The translations under genes were made by a program, and so were the position numbers. A stretch of DNA of 63,924 nt, the filler included, from Hausera hauseri (lineage: Eukaryota), in assembly GCA_046269625.1 (NCBI GenBank). It is 10 parts of 10 records of this genome, joined end to end, with 100 filler letters (N's around TTAATTAATTAA, not from the genome) between each part and the next. Parts side by side here need not be neighbours in the genome. Positions count along the whole stretch, not along the records: positions 1 to 4,477 come from JBJURY010562562.1; positions 4,578 to 17,336 come from JBJURY010016676.1; 8 more parts are not named here. One strand, 5' to 3'. Positions 1 through 12,879 of the stretch are shown here, piece by piece. Positions within the stretch are counted from its first letter, which is position 1. Every line of letters begins with the position of its first letter. The notes under the pieces are model-generated. The model did not search any database. It was given only the letters and a program-made list of their open reading frames with translations, and was not told the origin of the DNA.

Positions 1-1287
1 TATTGATCTATTGCTGGTTGTGTTTTTATGGCTAAAATTTTAGAGTTATCCTAGGTCTCTATCCTCATTAAATAATTTGTATCTGGCGTTAGTTTTTTTA
101 CAAAAATTTCGTTTATGTGCCTCATATATGATGCTAACTTTATCACGAGAACTCGTACAAGTTATCATGAGATTCCGTTCGTTAATTGTGTTTTGCAATA
201 TTATTTCAATACGGTCTATGTAGGGCTTTAGTTTGAATTTGGTAGGGAATTTTTTCATCCATTTCCAATAAAATACATGTTTATATATTTTTGGTTTTAA
301 CATATATGGCTGCTGATCTTGTAATGTAGGCTAGTTTTGTAATTTGGACTGAACTTCTCGATCTCCTCTTCCCTTAAGGGTGGGTGTAGTCCATAATTTT
401 GGCGTTATCATATTTTTCACAGTTCGTGGAGCAGTTATGCGTTGTTTGGCAAAAACCGGAATGGGTATGTTTGAATTAACTGAAAAAAGAATAGGAATGC
501 AGTGAGAATGTACTCGAATGGATTATTTATTTTCCCGCGTTTGGTATGCATCTAAACGGATTCTGTACCAGATGTATGGATAAGGTTTATAACACGAACG
601 AGTACCATTTCATTTAAGATAACAATAATGTGGTTGTTTTATGGGTATAGTGATGGGGTCGAGCCATATGCTGATTTCACATTTATAGGGTAATAGTTGT
701 GTGATGCGGAAATTCATGCAAGGAGGTTGTCTTGTAAGAGTGATACTGGAAAACTCAATATCATGTTCAAGAAATGGAGCAATAAAAGGGTTACGCGAAA
801 ATACATCAGAAGTTTCCAATAAGTTCATCTCCTGGTAAGTATGAACGTGAAGAATAATATTGGGCTCGCAAAGAATGAAGGTATTGTTTACCTTCAATAT
901 TACATAGTACGTGTAAGTCCTTACATAATTGACGGAGCAACAGGTTTTATTATGCATTTCAAGGATTGTGCAAACAGAGGAGACATTATGTTGTGATATA
1001 AAGACAAAACTAACCGTGTGCTGTCTCATTACAGGTAGATGAGTTCGAAGGCAAATACTGGGTTTATGTGTATCTATACTGATAATCATAGTTCGTTCAG
1101 TCAATCCAGTTCGTAGTGTAGTTGTGGTATCTAAGTTGATATCAGCGATCGTAATAGGTATTAAGAGAGCGAGGAAAAGGAGGATAAAGGTACCTAAGTA
1201 TTCATGAAAAATGAAGTGAACAGAGCAATGTTCTGAGATACTCATCGGGTGAATTTTGAGCATTGCCGCTATTTTCGGTTCTTCCAT
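1..1287 (-). pseudogene. Integrase-fused surface protein (signal peptide, two Cys-rich domains, FN3-like domain), disrupted and cut by the window edge
   Basis: Hydrophobic LGTFILLFLALLIPITIA; KTCCSVNY; WYRIRLDAYQTREN (cf. YRIRLDLYEVRPN at ~13610); KKLTPDTNYLMRIET...ILAIKT FN3-like tail. In frame with the IN GPY motif apart from point stops. Confidence 0.7.
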
Positions 1288-1329
1288 TTAGGGTATTTCT
1301 AGCTCTCTTTCATGTATGAAATTGTTTTA

Positions 1330-4300
1330 TGAAGCAGATGCTCGGGTTACTCATTGAACAGACACAGTTTCGTATTTATCGGACCCTCTCTGAACAAAAA
1401 GTGTTTGTGGGCGCACATCGACAACTTTGTACGGTCCTTGACCTGTGCGTGTTAATTTTAGCGATTTGCCTTTCTTTGCCGCGGGGTAGTGAACCATTAC
1501 ATAATCTCCAATTTTGTAAATATGTGGTCGTACCTTCTTGTTAAATTGTTTTTATATCCAGATCTATAGTTCTCTTCAAACTCCTTTGCTTCGCGTTGAA
1601 AATATTGAAGACTTCTAAGCAAATTGTGGTATTGTTCATCCATATAATCACTAGTTTACAAGGAGGATGGTAGTAATTCAGTATCCAATGGTAGCAAGGG
1701 TAGGCGTCCAAACATTAACTCAAAAGGGGAATGATTGGTACGTTTGGTAGGTGTAGTATTAATTGCGAAGGCCGTAGTTTTCAGATGATTGTGCCAATCC
1801 TATTGATCTTGAGCTACCTTTGTAGAAAGAATACCTTGAATGGTGCGATTCATCCTTTCTATTATACCATTACATTGAGGATGGTATGATGTCGTTAATA
1901 AATTTTTGCATTGAAATATTTTTGATTTTTTCAAAGAAATCGCTAATGAAGTAAAGTGCGCGATCAGTTAACAACTGTTTCGGGGTGCCTAGTACGGCGA
2001 TAATTTCATAAAAAGGCTTCAGCAAGAGTGCTACTAGTCATGTTTTTCAATGGTATCAGTACGACGTAACGGGAGAAGTAGCCAACAAGTGATAGTATGT
2101 ATTTGTATCCTAAATCCGAAGCTGGGAAAGGCCCAGAGATGTCCATTATGCACACTTCAATTGGCTTACGAGCTTCAGGTAAGCTTCCTAAAACGGTTTG
2201 GTACGAAGTCCTCTATCTTTCCTTGTAGAGCACGTTTTGCATGAAAGTATCCATCCTTCAATATGTTTATTCATTTGAGGCAAATAATATTTAGCGGTTA
2301 TATGCTTCAAAGTCTTATTTAAAGACGAATGGCCAGCTAAGTGTGAATCATGTTCTTGTAGCATGACAGCCTTGATAGCCGGTGCAGGTACCATAACCAG
2401 TTTTCGTTCTCCGACTCTTAGTCGTAAAATGTCATCTTCGATTTCTAACTTCGCTCGGTTCTTTTCATAAAACTTTTGAATGTGGTGTGATGCCGAGCCA
2501 ACTATTTGTCCATTGATTAATTGTTTGATTTGAACAATAAATGGATCTTGGTTTTGTAAGGTCTCGATGTTTCGTACTTGAATTGGCGTTGTTCTTGTAA
2601 CATATCGTTAATGATTTTTTCATTCAAATGTTTGTCACTCTCATTGTTGATTTATAAGCTGCGGCCACTATTCTTTCATATGGTATTCTCGAAAGAGAAT
2701 CGGCGTCCATGTTTTCTTTGACAGGACGATATCGGTACTCAAGATCATAATTCAAAAGCTCCAACTTCCATCTTTGGAGTCGACTTGATACATGCCTGTT
2801 GTCTGAGCGTAAAGATAATAGTGCCTTATGGTCAGTAAATATCATAAACTTATGACCGTAAACATAATATTCGTAATGTCGCAATCAATCACGGATAGCT
2901 AATAGTTCTAATTCTGTAGTTGAGTATTTCTGCTCTGCATTATTCAAGCTACGTCCGCCGTAGGCGATTACATATTCAGTTGTTTCTTCTGGATTTTGTT
3001 GAGCTAATATAAAACTAATGGCTTTAATGCTAGCGTCGGTTTTAGAATGAATGGTAGTGAAAAATCTGGGTACCTCAATATTGATGCTGACACCAATCGT
3101 TTTTTAATTTCATCGAATGCGTTCTGGATCTCTTCGGTCCATTCCCATTTTTTGTCTTTCCGTAATAACCTGTATTGAGGCTGATTAATTTCCTCAAAGT
3201 TGGGAATGAAGGTAGCATAAAATCCTCCCAATCCTAACCATGCTTTCATTTCATGCACATTGGATGTAGGGGGTATTCCAGTATTTTAGTCACTAACTCA
3301 GGGCTGGTTGATATCCCTTTACTGGAAACGACAAATCCCAGGTATCTAACCTCCTTATACCATTCGCATTTTTTTGGTTTAATTTCTATTTAGCAAGTCT
3401 GATTCGGTCGAATACTTCCTTTAATTCCGCTAAATGGGCAGACCATGTCTGGGACGTAATAAGGATATCGTCAATGTACGATAACCCTCGCACTCCTTTT
3501 AGTACTAGACGAATGAACTCTTGCAAGAAAGTGAGTGCCGTCTTTAAGCCAAATGGCACGCGTGTGAATTGATAGACCCCTGTATGGGTTTTAAATGCGG
3601 TTTTCCACCGATCCTCTTCAGCTACAGGAATTTGCCAAAACCCACTTTGTAAGTCCAATGTGACAAAATATTTACAATCCTTTAGTTCATCAATGATGTC
3701 CCGTATCCGAAGAATTGGATAAGCGTGATTCATTAAGTGCTTGTTTAAGGCGACGTAATTTACGCACAAGCGGTGTTTAGTCTTATTAGCTTTCTTGGCA
3801 ATAACTATGGGAAAGGGCCATGGTAATTGACTTGTTTCTATGATACCTTTATCGAGGATTGCCTGAATTTGTTCCTCAACTTCCTTTTGGAAGAGGGTAC
3901 CATTTTGGTATGGGTCGTCGTAACAGATCTCTCTTTTCCGGTTGTTGGGTCGAGCATAAACGACAATTTAAATTCGACCAAATGGGTTCGTCCAATATCC
4001 GTTTCGTTTTTTGCAAAAATATCAAGGTACTGACAAATGAGACCTTAAAAATTTCTTAGGTATTCATATGATAAAATTTTCTTGACTTTAGTAAGAATGA
4101 CATTAAGTGTGTCTTCAACATTATCATATTCCGCTGTTGAGACAGTCGCAACTTTGTTGTCGTATTTCTCTTGGCGTGTAGCGTCCAGTGCCTGTCCAAT
4201 TTTTGTTTTAGTGAATACCGTGACACATCTTGGAGTGAAATTTAAAACTTCTACGGGAATGGTTCCTCCAATTACTTTAACGCAGTAATGTGGTAATATG

Positions 4301-4477
4301 AGTCCGTTTCTAAGAGGTTTCGGTATGAATTCGATCACACTTTTATCTGGGAATATCATTCTGGCGTGTATGACCATTCTAGAAGTGAGTGGTATTTTCT
4401 CAACATGTCCTACCCAAATGTCTGTTTTGTTGTAGTTAGGGGGTTTATCTTCATTATTTGGACAAATTGATCCTGAT
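1330..4477 (-). pseudogene. pol: Gypsy pol (RT-RNaseH-integrase), frameshifted
   Basis: LDLQSGFWQIPV, KTAF, PFGLK, SYIDDILI (RT); FTDHKAL, RLQRWKL, ADSLSR (RNaseH); HDSHLAGH...CKTC (IN zinc finger); YHPQCNG; GPY. Confidence 0.95.
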
Positions 4478-4577
4478 NNNNNNNNNNNNNNNNNNNNNNN
4501 NNNNNNNNNNNNNNNNNNNNNTTAATTAATTAANNNNNNNNNNNNNNNNNNNNNNNNNNNNNNNNNNNNNNNNNNNN
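4478..4577. other. Artificial contig linker (N44-TTAATTAATTAA-N44), first of nine
   Basis: Same 100-nt spacer also at 17337-17436, 24098-24197, 31301-31400, 35921-36020, 42119-42218, 51450-51549, 55540-55639 and 59716-59815. TTAATTAATTAA gives stops in all six frames. Confidence 0.99.
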
Positions 4578-7000
4578 GAATCAGAAGTAACGACGTAAGA
4601 ATCGGTATAGTCCATCATGAAAACGCAGAAGCATAGAGAATAATAGGCGCTTGCCTTCTCGAATTAGATAAGTATAGAGAAGAATGTAACTACATGAAAC
4701 AAATCATAGAATTTGTACGAGGGCCAAATCACGAATTAAAAGTAGCTCTTGAGACATTAGATGAAATAATCTATGTTAAAGCAACAATATTTAAACAATT
4801 AAGGAAGTGGATAAACTTCTTACCTTCCATAGCAGAAGTAATAAATGAAAGACTAAAAGAATTCGCTATGGTTGAGCCTATAATGAGACATCAATTGGAA
4901 GAAATGTTACTAGGTATCGCTACAATGGAAGATGAAGCTAAATCGCGAATTAAATTTGAATCATTCCGAGAACTCGAATTTATGAGCAAGGATCAAGATC
5001 AAAAAACATTAAAAGAGATATACAGTATAATAGAAGAAAAGGAATTCTATAAAAAAGAAACAAGCTAAATGATCTTCAGCGAAGTTTACTAAATATCCGA
5101 TGGGAAGGGATACAGAACCTAATGCAGAAACCGTTGAAAGAAATTTCAGCACAAAAAATAGAAACATTAGAAGTTTGTAACTATCACCGGATTGCTCTAG
5201 CGCAAACACTACAATATTTACAGAATTTAAACGAATGGACACCAGGTTTCGACCTGCATTGCCACACCGAAGTAACGGAAATTAGAAAGGAACTTCAGCT
5301 GACGTCCGACGAAGCCAAGTTCATAGGCAAACAGATGGACTCAATAGATCCGGACGCCGAAGTATTAAATCAAGCACACAAATTAATTATATTATTAACA
5401 GAAATGGCGGAAGTTGACGAGGTAGTAGCCAAACGACTAATAAATCGAATACATTTGATAAAAGAAACCCGACTACGCTCCGAGAAAAGACAGGGCGAAT
5501 TAAATGAATTGGTAAGAGAAGTAGAGGTTTACAAGAACAAGTATTCCGTTAAGGAATCTGAAATCAACGACAAAATGGAATTTATACAGAGATGGCAAAA
5601 AGACAGAATCGCAGAAATAACTAGTTATCAAGAGAAAGCTCTGATACAACCAGAAGAAATATGCCGATTAATAACATTGATGCAACAAGCGTGCTGAAAC
5701 GGAGACGTATTTAGGATATCCGTAATGAAAACATTAAAACCGCAGATAAGAGAACTACGCGAACGAGTGATGTTGGACATACGGCACTAATGAACTACGA
5801 GTTACCTGACGCAGATAATGATGCCGAGTGGGATGAATATCTTTAAGGTTTAACCGAGCAAAGTCAAAGAACCCCAATACAAATTTATGAGTCACCTACT
5901 GGTGCCCAAAAGATGAAATTTGACGTGGAAATGTTACTTGACCTTGCTCTAGCTGTAAAGAAATTGAGCGGTGTATTGAAAATAAACATAAGTGAAGATA
6001 AGTTAATGAAATTGATTCCAACTTTGACTAAACCATCCAGTGAAAATACCGTATACAGCGCCATACCCAAGCTTTTAATAAGAGATTATGCTAAATTGCT
6101 AAGAGACAAACCAGAAGCGGAACTTAAAGTGAAGGTATTATCCGAAGTAATGGACGACGAGGAATTTGATTGTACTACCTATACTACCGTTGCGGATATA
6201 AAACAGCGGATAATGGATAAGAATGATAGGGAATGAGTTAGTTATCGACTATATTTCAGAGGCAGGATATTAAACAAGCTAGAATCCTTAATAGACGTAG
6301 GGATTATACCCCACGAAGAAAATCTAATAATAGCCATATTCACCAGTGAACAAACCAAAGACGAAGCCACGAGAAAAGCACATACAGACCATTGCATTGG
6401 ATAAATCATGGGAATTCAAGATGCCGCAATGTATTTCGAATACTTACAGACTGATGAGGACAAACCGCAATATGATAAGAATTTAGTCCCGCTGAGCGAA
6501 ACCGCACCACCAATAAAAGCGAAACGGCCGGTCGGAAAACCGAGAAAAATAAAAGAGATTGACTATAACGCAGATCTGATTAGAGAATTGAGACAACTAT
6601 CAGTACCAACCCCGAGTTTGGACAACGAAGAACTAATTGAGCTAATGAAATACCTAATTAGGATAGTCAATTATACTGGACTCCAAGGTGACGTATTAAC
6701 TGAGAAAGAAAGATTAATATATAATATAGCCCAAACAATGAAGACCTCGCGATTTAAACTATTTAAAAGTACCCTCCCTGACGAAACGGTAATCGATAGA
6801 ATTATGATTGACAATACGATGGAAGAATTAAGGAAAGTCTTGATATACTTTGCAGTCAGAACTAACCCTTTCCGGGAAAACGAAATTGATAAGGCAATTA
6901 AATTAGCTAGAAAAGCTGGAAAAGGGTACCTAAAGAAATTAAATGGACTAAATTATTCGAAAAAGAGGAGGAGATAATAGGAATAAATAACTTAGAAGAC
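4578..7000 (+). pseudogene. Gag-distal accessory region: long helical/coiled-coil segment, ubiquitin-like domain and AT-hook-like motif
   Basis: E/K/L-rich helical ORF fragments colinear with 31830-34748 (e.g. ELPDADNDAEWDEY vs RLPDAGNETEWDAY; LIPTLTKPSSENTVYS vs LIPTLTKLSSENTIYS); KRPVGKPRK at 6522-6548. Confidence 0.75.
6120..6340 (+). other. Ubiquitin-like (beta-grasp) domain, frameshifted
   Basis: LKVKV...TTVADIKQRI...YRLYFRGRILNKLESLIDVGI fits the ubiquitin pattern TV..LK..I...RLIF.GK.L.D...L.DYGI. Confidence 0.7.
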
Positions 7001-8900
7001 ATGATACAAAATATCTCTCCGAATAAAGGAAACAAATCCAGTTGGTTAATCAAGTTGCTGACGATAATGACGCTATTAAAGCAGTTAGGAACAGTTACTG
7101 TATATGATTGCGATAAGTTCAAAGTGGGTCAGAAATATTCCTTAATAAACCTAGAAACATGCGAAGATGCGAGACCTCACAAGCTCGAGACAGCAGAAAA
7201 AAGATATATTATATCAACAACGTGAATTAATCGCAATGAATACAACGGAATGCATGATATAGAGATCTCGCACGGGCATTTTTCAATAATCAAACCAACC
7301 ACACCATTGATTCCGATGAATATGGATAGACAGCACTGTTTAGGAGCCCGGTTAACTGGTAGAATGGTTTGTGAAAGTATGGAATTGGAAGCTCAAGAGA
7401 GAAAAATAATTAGAGCTTACAAAGTTGCAGTAAAAAAATTAAACATGCACTGTGTCGAAGGAGAATATGACATGAAAATGAATAGGAGGAGGAATAATAG
7501 TTGTAGATTTTTACGAAACCAAGTTAAGATCTCTAAAGGCAATGTTTCATAGCGTCACTAAACTAATTACCGAAAATCAAAAATGTCACATACAAGATGG
7601 CGCTTGTACGTTCCAAAGTTCAGTCGTGGTATGGAGCCCACTTTCTAAGAGAGATAGCAATTTCATCAAAATCAAAGAGTTAAAGTTTAATAAAACAATA
7701 GGAAAACGTTATACAAATAAATTACACACAAATATTAGATTGCGGGAAGATGTTATAGAACATTCCACACCGACGATATTGATATCGGACGCACACGGAT
7801 TGAAGTTTATTAGAAAAGCTTAGCTAACGTGTTGCGATTTAGTGATGTATACCACAAATTACGAAGCATTTTTCGTAGCAGAAACTGAAATCAACATGAA
7901 AACATATGACTTAAAAACACAAGATATTATCGGATTGAAGATTACTTCAAAAACCGAGACGACTACTTCTATTACAAAGGACAGACCGAAATAGTGGAGT
8001 TATATCACAAAATGATAACAAATAACTGCAGATTAGATACTGAAGTCATGGGAACCAAACTGGCCTTAATTTATGCCAACCCAGAATTGGCATCACCAAT
8101 TATATCAATGAAAAGTGTTTCCGGACAAGTTAGTGGGGAAATCCTATTAACCGACGAGTGCGAGAAAAGAGACGTACCGATTAACGTAGAAGAGAAAAGA
8201 TGCATGCAAAAATTACCGGTCATCTATGAAAATATGCCGAGAATAGCGATACCACTCACCAGAGTATTATTGGCGAACTCAGCCGAACCAACAATACTAA
8301 AGGAATGCAAAACGAGCTAAGGCGAAACCATGTTCCGACGTAGTGGAACCGACTGGATAAGTCTATCTAATGGAGGTGTTGCCACAGACCCTAGTAAGCT
8401 AAATGGGACAAATTTAATAAACGGATTATCAGAAGAGAAGTTTGAAGACACGGCCAATAAAGGAATTTATAGACCAAAGGACATAGAAATCTATAGGCAA
8501 TTCTTAGCTTTTCCACGGCAACGAACCTCTGAGCTAAATCGGGTCATGTCAATGGTCATGGACGACACCCGCTTTCAAGAAAAATGGAAATCATTACTTG
8601 GCGCTAACCGCTATCAAAGAGTAACTTTAGAAATATTGTATAAGATTTGGGGAAGATTTCTGATTTTCGGACAAGCTGCATCGGGATTCCTAGCCATATA
8701 CTTCTTAGTCTAATTAGTTAAAGCAGTAATCCAAGCTGTTATAAACGGATATGAAATATTCACATTAACAGGATTTCTCTGAAAAATTTTGACTGCAATT
8801 ATCACCCCCGTCGGGAAAATGCTCAAGGCCTACGAAAAAAACCGATGGAAAAATGACGTGGAACGCCAATTCTCAATAGACGTAAAAATAAGAAAATAGT
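7001..8900 (+). pseudogene. env: Env-like class III fusion glycoprotein, chuvirus G-like
   Basis: Signal peptide then VTVYDCD...YSL..LETC; NCRLDTEV...LIYANPE...GEILL..C...RCMQKLPV.Y...PLTRVL; GIY...FLAFP...LN; WGRFLIFGQAASGFLAIYFLV TM and a second hydrophobic stretch. Confidence 0.8.
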
Positions 8901-9429
8901 AACACAAAAGGATGATTCAGACGATGACGAGCCTAAGGGAGGAGAAGGGAATCCTAGAACAAAGATGCATAGGATGTACTCGGTGATAAACACACCAATA
9001 CCCATCCTGCCACTAACTACGACAATATATGAAGACTGTGACCAAAAATCAGTTGTGTCGTACAGGTCTGACATCTGCCGCAAACACATTGACTATGAAG
9101 ACCCTTATGAAAAGACGAAACAATATGGGGTACTACGAAAAAAGAATGTCACCAACTAAGGATTAATAGAAAACGATCACGGAATATTGTACTCAAAAAG
9201 GATACCGCGTCACATAGAATCAAAATTAACGATATGGGAGTACCCGAAACTGTGTTCAATTTCGGGTTCACTACCCCAGGAACCGCTCATTGACAGTCGC
9301 TTTACTGAAATAACAAATAACTACTTATACCCGAACGGAGAATTGAGACAACTAAGGCAAGTATCATTTTATCGCCAGAGATAACAATAAATGGACATAA
9401 AGCCTCTACCACAAAGCAGTCAAAGACAG

Positions 9430-12400
9430 CGTCAAATTGCCGTGGGACAGTATTAGAAGGAAGACCTTTGTCGAAAATACACATCGAAGATTGGGAAGTG
9501 TATGCATTAAACGACGCAGGATCAGAAAAGTCGTATATAAAATACGAATCGATACTGACCACACTGCGGAAGCAACTATGTCCACAATTATCATCAGATC
9601 CAGGTAGCATAGGAGCATTTGGGCAAGTATCAAAGCCGAAATATAATGAACCCCTACCATTTATATAATGGGCAAAACACTTCAACATGAATTTGCAGTA
9701 ATGGATCAATTAATAGACGATGTAGTATTAGGTTGTGATATATTGAAACGGATACCGGGCATGGTAATCGATGTACATGACGGAAAGTTAGTTGAGCTCG
9801 AACCAATAAAAGGGACAAAAGTAACAAAGGAAAGGAAATCATGCGAAGTATGGATTCTGGTAGACGAGGATATTCCGACCAGAACCAAAATGATAATTTT
9901 TGCACAGATTCGTTAAAACGAAGATCTGCCGGTGTATTTCGAGCCTCAAGAGAATATCGATCCAAACCTTATGTTTAGCAACATTCTATGTAGAGTAGTA
10001 ACGGGGCGAATATCTATCAGATTAGTGAACAGTGCACCAATCCCCGTAAGATCGCACGCTAACACTACTTTAGGTCACACTTGCAGAGTATCAGCAATAA
10101 CGATAGAAAAAAAGCCATATAAGTGCGCTGAGTTTCCACCTCACGTTGAAACCAAATTCTCTCCGGAGGCGTATTGCAAATTTTACGAATTACTATGCAA
10201 AAACCGTCCGATAATCGCACAGAATGAGGAAGATATATGCAGAGCAAAAGCCCTAAGATCAACAATCCCATTAAGGAAGAAACCCTGTTCGAATGATGAA
10301 ATCCATCTAGAAGAACAGAAAATGCCCAAGTGGTATCCACCTCCCCATTCATTGAGACCGGAAATAACTAAAGAGGTAGAGCGAATATTAAAGGTCGATA
10401 TAATTCGACCAAGTTACCGATCTTGGTACTCGCCTATGCTTATGGTCAAGAAGAAAGGAACTACAAAACATCCATTTTGTATAGATTACCGGGTATTAAG
10501 CACACTGATGATGAAAGACTCGTTCCCCCTACGGTCAGTAAAGGAGGCTTTAAACAGACTATAAGGGGCGAAATGGTTTACCACTCTTGACTTACAATAT
10601 GGATACTGGCAAGTAGAAATCAAAGAAGATCGATATAAGACAGCATTTAAAACACACGATTGCGTATATGAATTTAATGTTACGCCTTTCAGCATCACTA
10701 CAGAACCAGCTATTTTTACTATAATGATGAATAAGATGCTTATTGGACTTGATCATGCTTTCCCGTATTTGGATGATGTAATGATAGCATCGAAAACAGA
10801 AGAAGAACACTTAAAAGACATTGAGGATACACTCATGCGACTAGAACAAGCAGGATTGAAACTAAATTCAAAGAAATGTAAATGGGCACAGAACGCAATA
10901 TCGTACCTCCGACACATAATTGGAGAAGGAGGATCAAAATCGGATAAATTCCTGCTGGATAAAATATCCGATTGTATGGAACTGCAGAATCAAAAAGAGT
11001 TAAGGCATTGGTTGGGCCTATGTGGGTATTATGCTACTTATGTACCGGACAAATCGAAAATTAACGCACCACTATATTGCCTACTGAAAAAGGGAACTAA
11101 TTGGAAATGGAAGGAAATGGGGCAAAAATCATTCGATGAAATGAAGAAGATTTTCACGAGCGAACAAGTCCTAAGATACCGGATTTTAATCTACCATTCA
11201 TCATTAAAACAGATGCAAGTAAAGAAGGCATAGGATACGAATTAGCTCAAAAGCGAGAAGATGAAGAACTAAAACACCCAATGGACTATGGAGGACGCCC
11301 GTTAAAGAAAGCAGAAAAGAATTATTCGGTTACCGAATTAGAAACGTTAGCCGTGAAGGAAGCACTACGACACTTTAATATCTGTCTATGGGCAAAAGAT
11401 TATAATAGTGACCGACCACAAAGCAGTTACGACATTAAAAGGACGAGCTAATAACCCAACATGTAGATTAAACCGTTGGATCGAAGAAATCTCAAGATAT
11501 AACATTGAATTCCAATACAAACCAGGTAGTAAACACGTCGACGCCGACGCACTATCAAGGTTAAAGACAAAAACAAGTGGGATTACCACAATGCAGAAAA
11601 CGCAACTCGAACTAATAATTGAACGTCAAAGAAGCCTAACTCTGGATAAAACGATCAGGATCACCGCAGAGCAAGCTAAATATAAGGTTATTCAGCAAAT
11701 TGTTGAGTTCGCACAAAACGGCAAAATACCCAAAAAGACGACAACTGAAGAAGCATCTACAGAAACACGGACATAAATACCGCGCATCGAACCTAGATAA
11801 TATTCTATATTACGAACGAAAAGGAAGAAGACTAATAGTTATTCCAAAAGGATTACAAATCGAAGTACTCATGGCCGAGCATTGGCCAAGCATTTATATC
11901 GATGTAAAGAATTGGGTAGGCACTTGCGAAGTTTGCGCGACAAAGCAAAGGAAAACAAAAGGCTACGTAGCAGAATTAAAACCCATAAGCGTACCAGATA
12001 GGCCCATGCAAGCTATGTCTATGGATATAGTGGGACCTTGCCTAAAACGCACAAAAATAACAGATATATTCTAACTTGCGTGGATCGGTTAACGCATTTC
12101 GTCGAACTGGTGACACTATTGGATCAAAAGGCAGAAACTTTAGCCGACGCAATAATAAGGAAAATCATCTGCAGATACGGACCACCAGAACAAATCTTAA
12201 CGGATAGAGAAAAGAACTTCACAAGCGAATAATTCGCAAAAATTACCAAGATATTCGAAATCAAACGTTTAACCACTACCGCGTACCACCCTCAATGTAA
12301 TGGAATGGTCGAACAAATGAACGCAACAGCCATTCATATACTATCAACAGTAGTGGCCAAAGACCAAAAGGATTGGGACAAATTCCTAGAAGGGACACAG

Positions 12401-12870
12401 TTCGCAATCAATACGACCCCACATCCAGCAACAGGATTTACACCATTCTTTATGATGTATAGACGAGAGGCAATCTTACCCATGGATCTAGGTATGACAC
12501 CGTACGAAAAGAACATCGAGGATCTAGAGCAAAACTTTTCCGAAGTCTTGCAGATAAGATTGCAAGTGTTGGGAAGTTGCTAAAACATTATCACTCGAAT
12601 ACCAGGAACAATTTAAAAAAAAATATGATAAAAAGACTAAGCCCCATGATTGGGTTTATATACATTACCCAGTCGCGAAGAAAGGTACATCCTTGAAATT
12701 AACCCGTACCGGAAGAGGACCATATAAAATCGTCCGCACAACGCCAACCACGGTCTATGTTAATAAAAACGGTAAAGAGGAAGTCGTATCAATCCAAAGA
12801 GTAGTTAAAACAGATATAAGACCAGCTAAACACTACAATTTAAGACAGCGAAACGCCAAGACCTTGTCGA
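9430..12870 (+). pseudogene. pol: Gypsy pol (PR-RT-RNaseH-IN), frameshifted
   Basis: ALNDAGS (DTG in the sister copy at ~50000) and VLGCDIL; FCIDYR, LDLQYGYWQV, YLDDVMIAS; TDHKA, DADALSR; MDIVGP, TDR, YHPQCNGMVE, GPY. The IN zinc-finger His region carries a short deletion near 11880 relative to the copy at ~18020. Confidence 0.95.
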
Positions 12871-12879
12871 TAATCACTA

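Larger units (their letters stand above)
1..4477 (-). mobile_element. Partial Ty3/Gypsy LTR retrotransposon, divergent member of the env-bearing family (pol plus integrase-fused surface protein)
   Basis: RT, RNaseH and IN motifs in Gypsy order. IN end SLKLTRTGQGPYKVV matches SLKLTRTGRGPYKIV at ~12690. The downstream ORF is homologous to 12880-14301. Confidence 0.9.

Noticed and set aside
9840-10110. Beta-rich segment between protease and RT (also 4045-4400) as a dUTPase
   Set aside because: No recognisable dUTPase catalytic motifs; similar spacers are common in Gypsy pol
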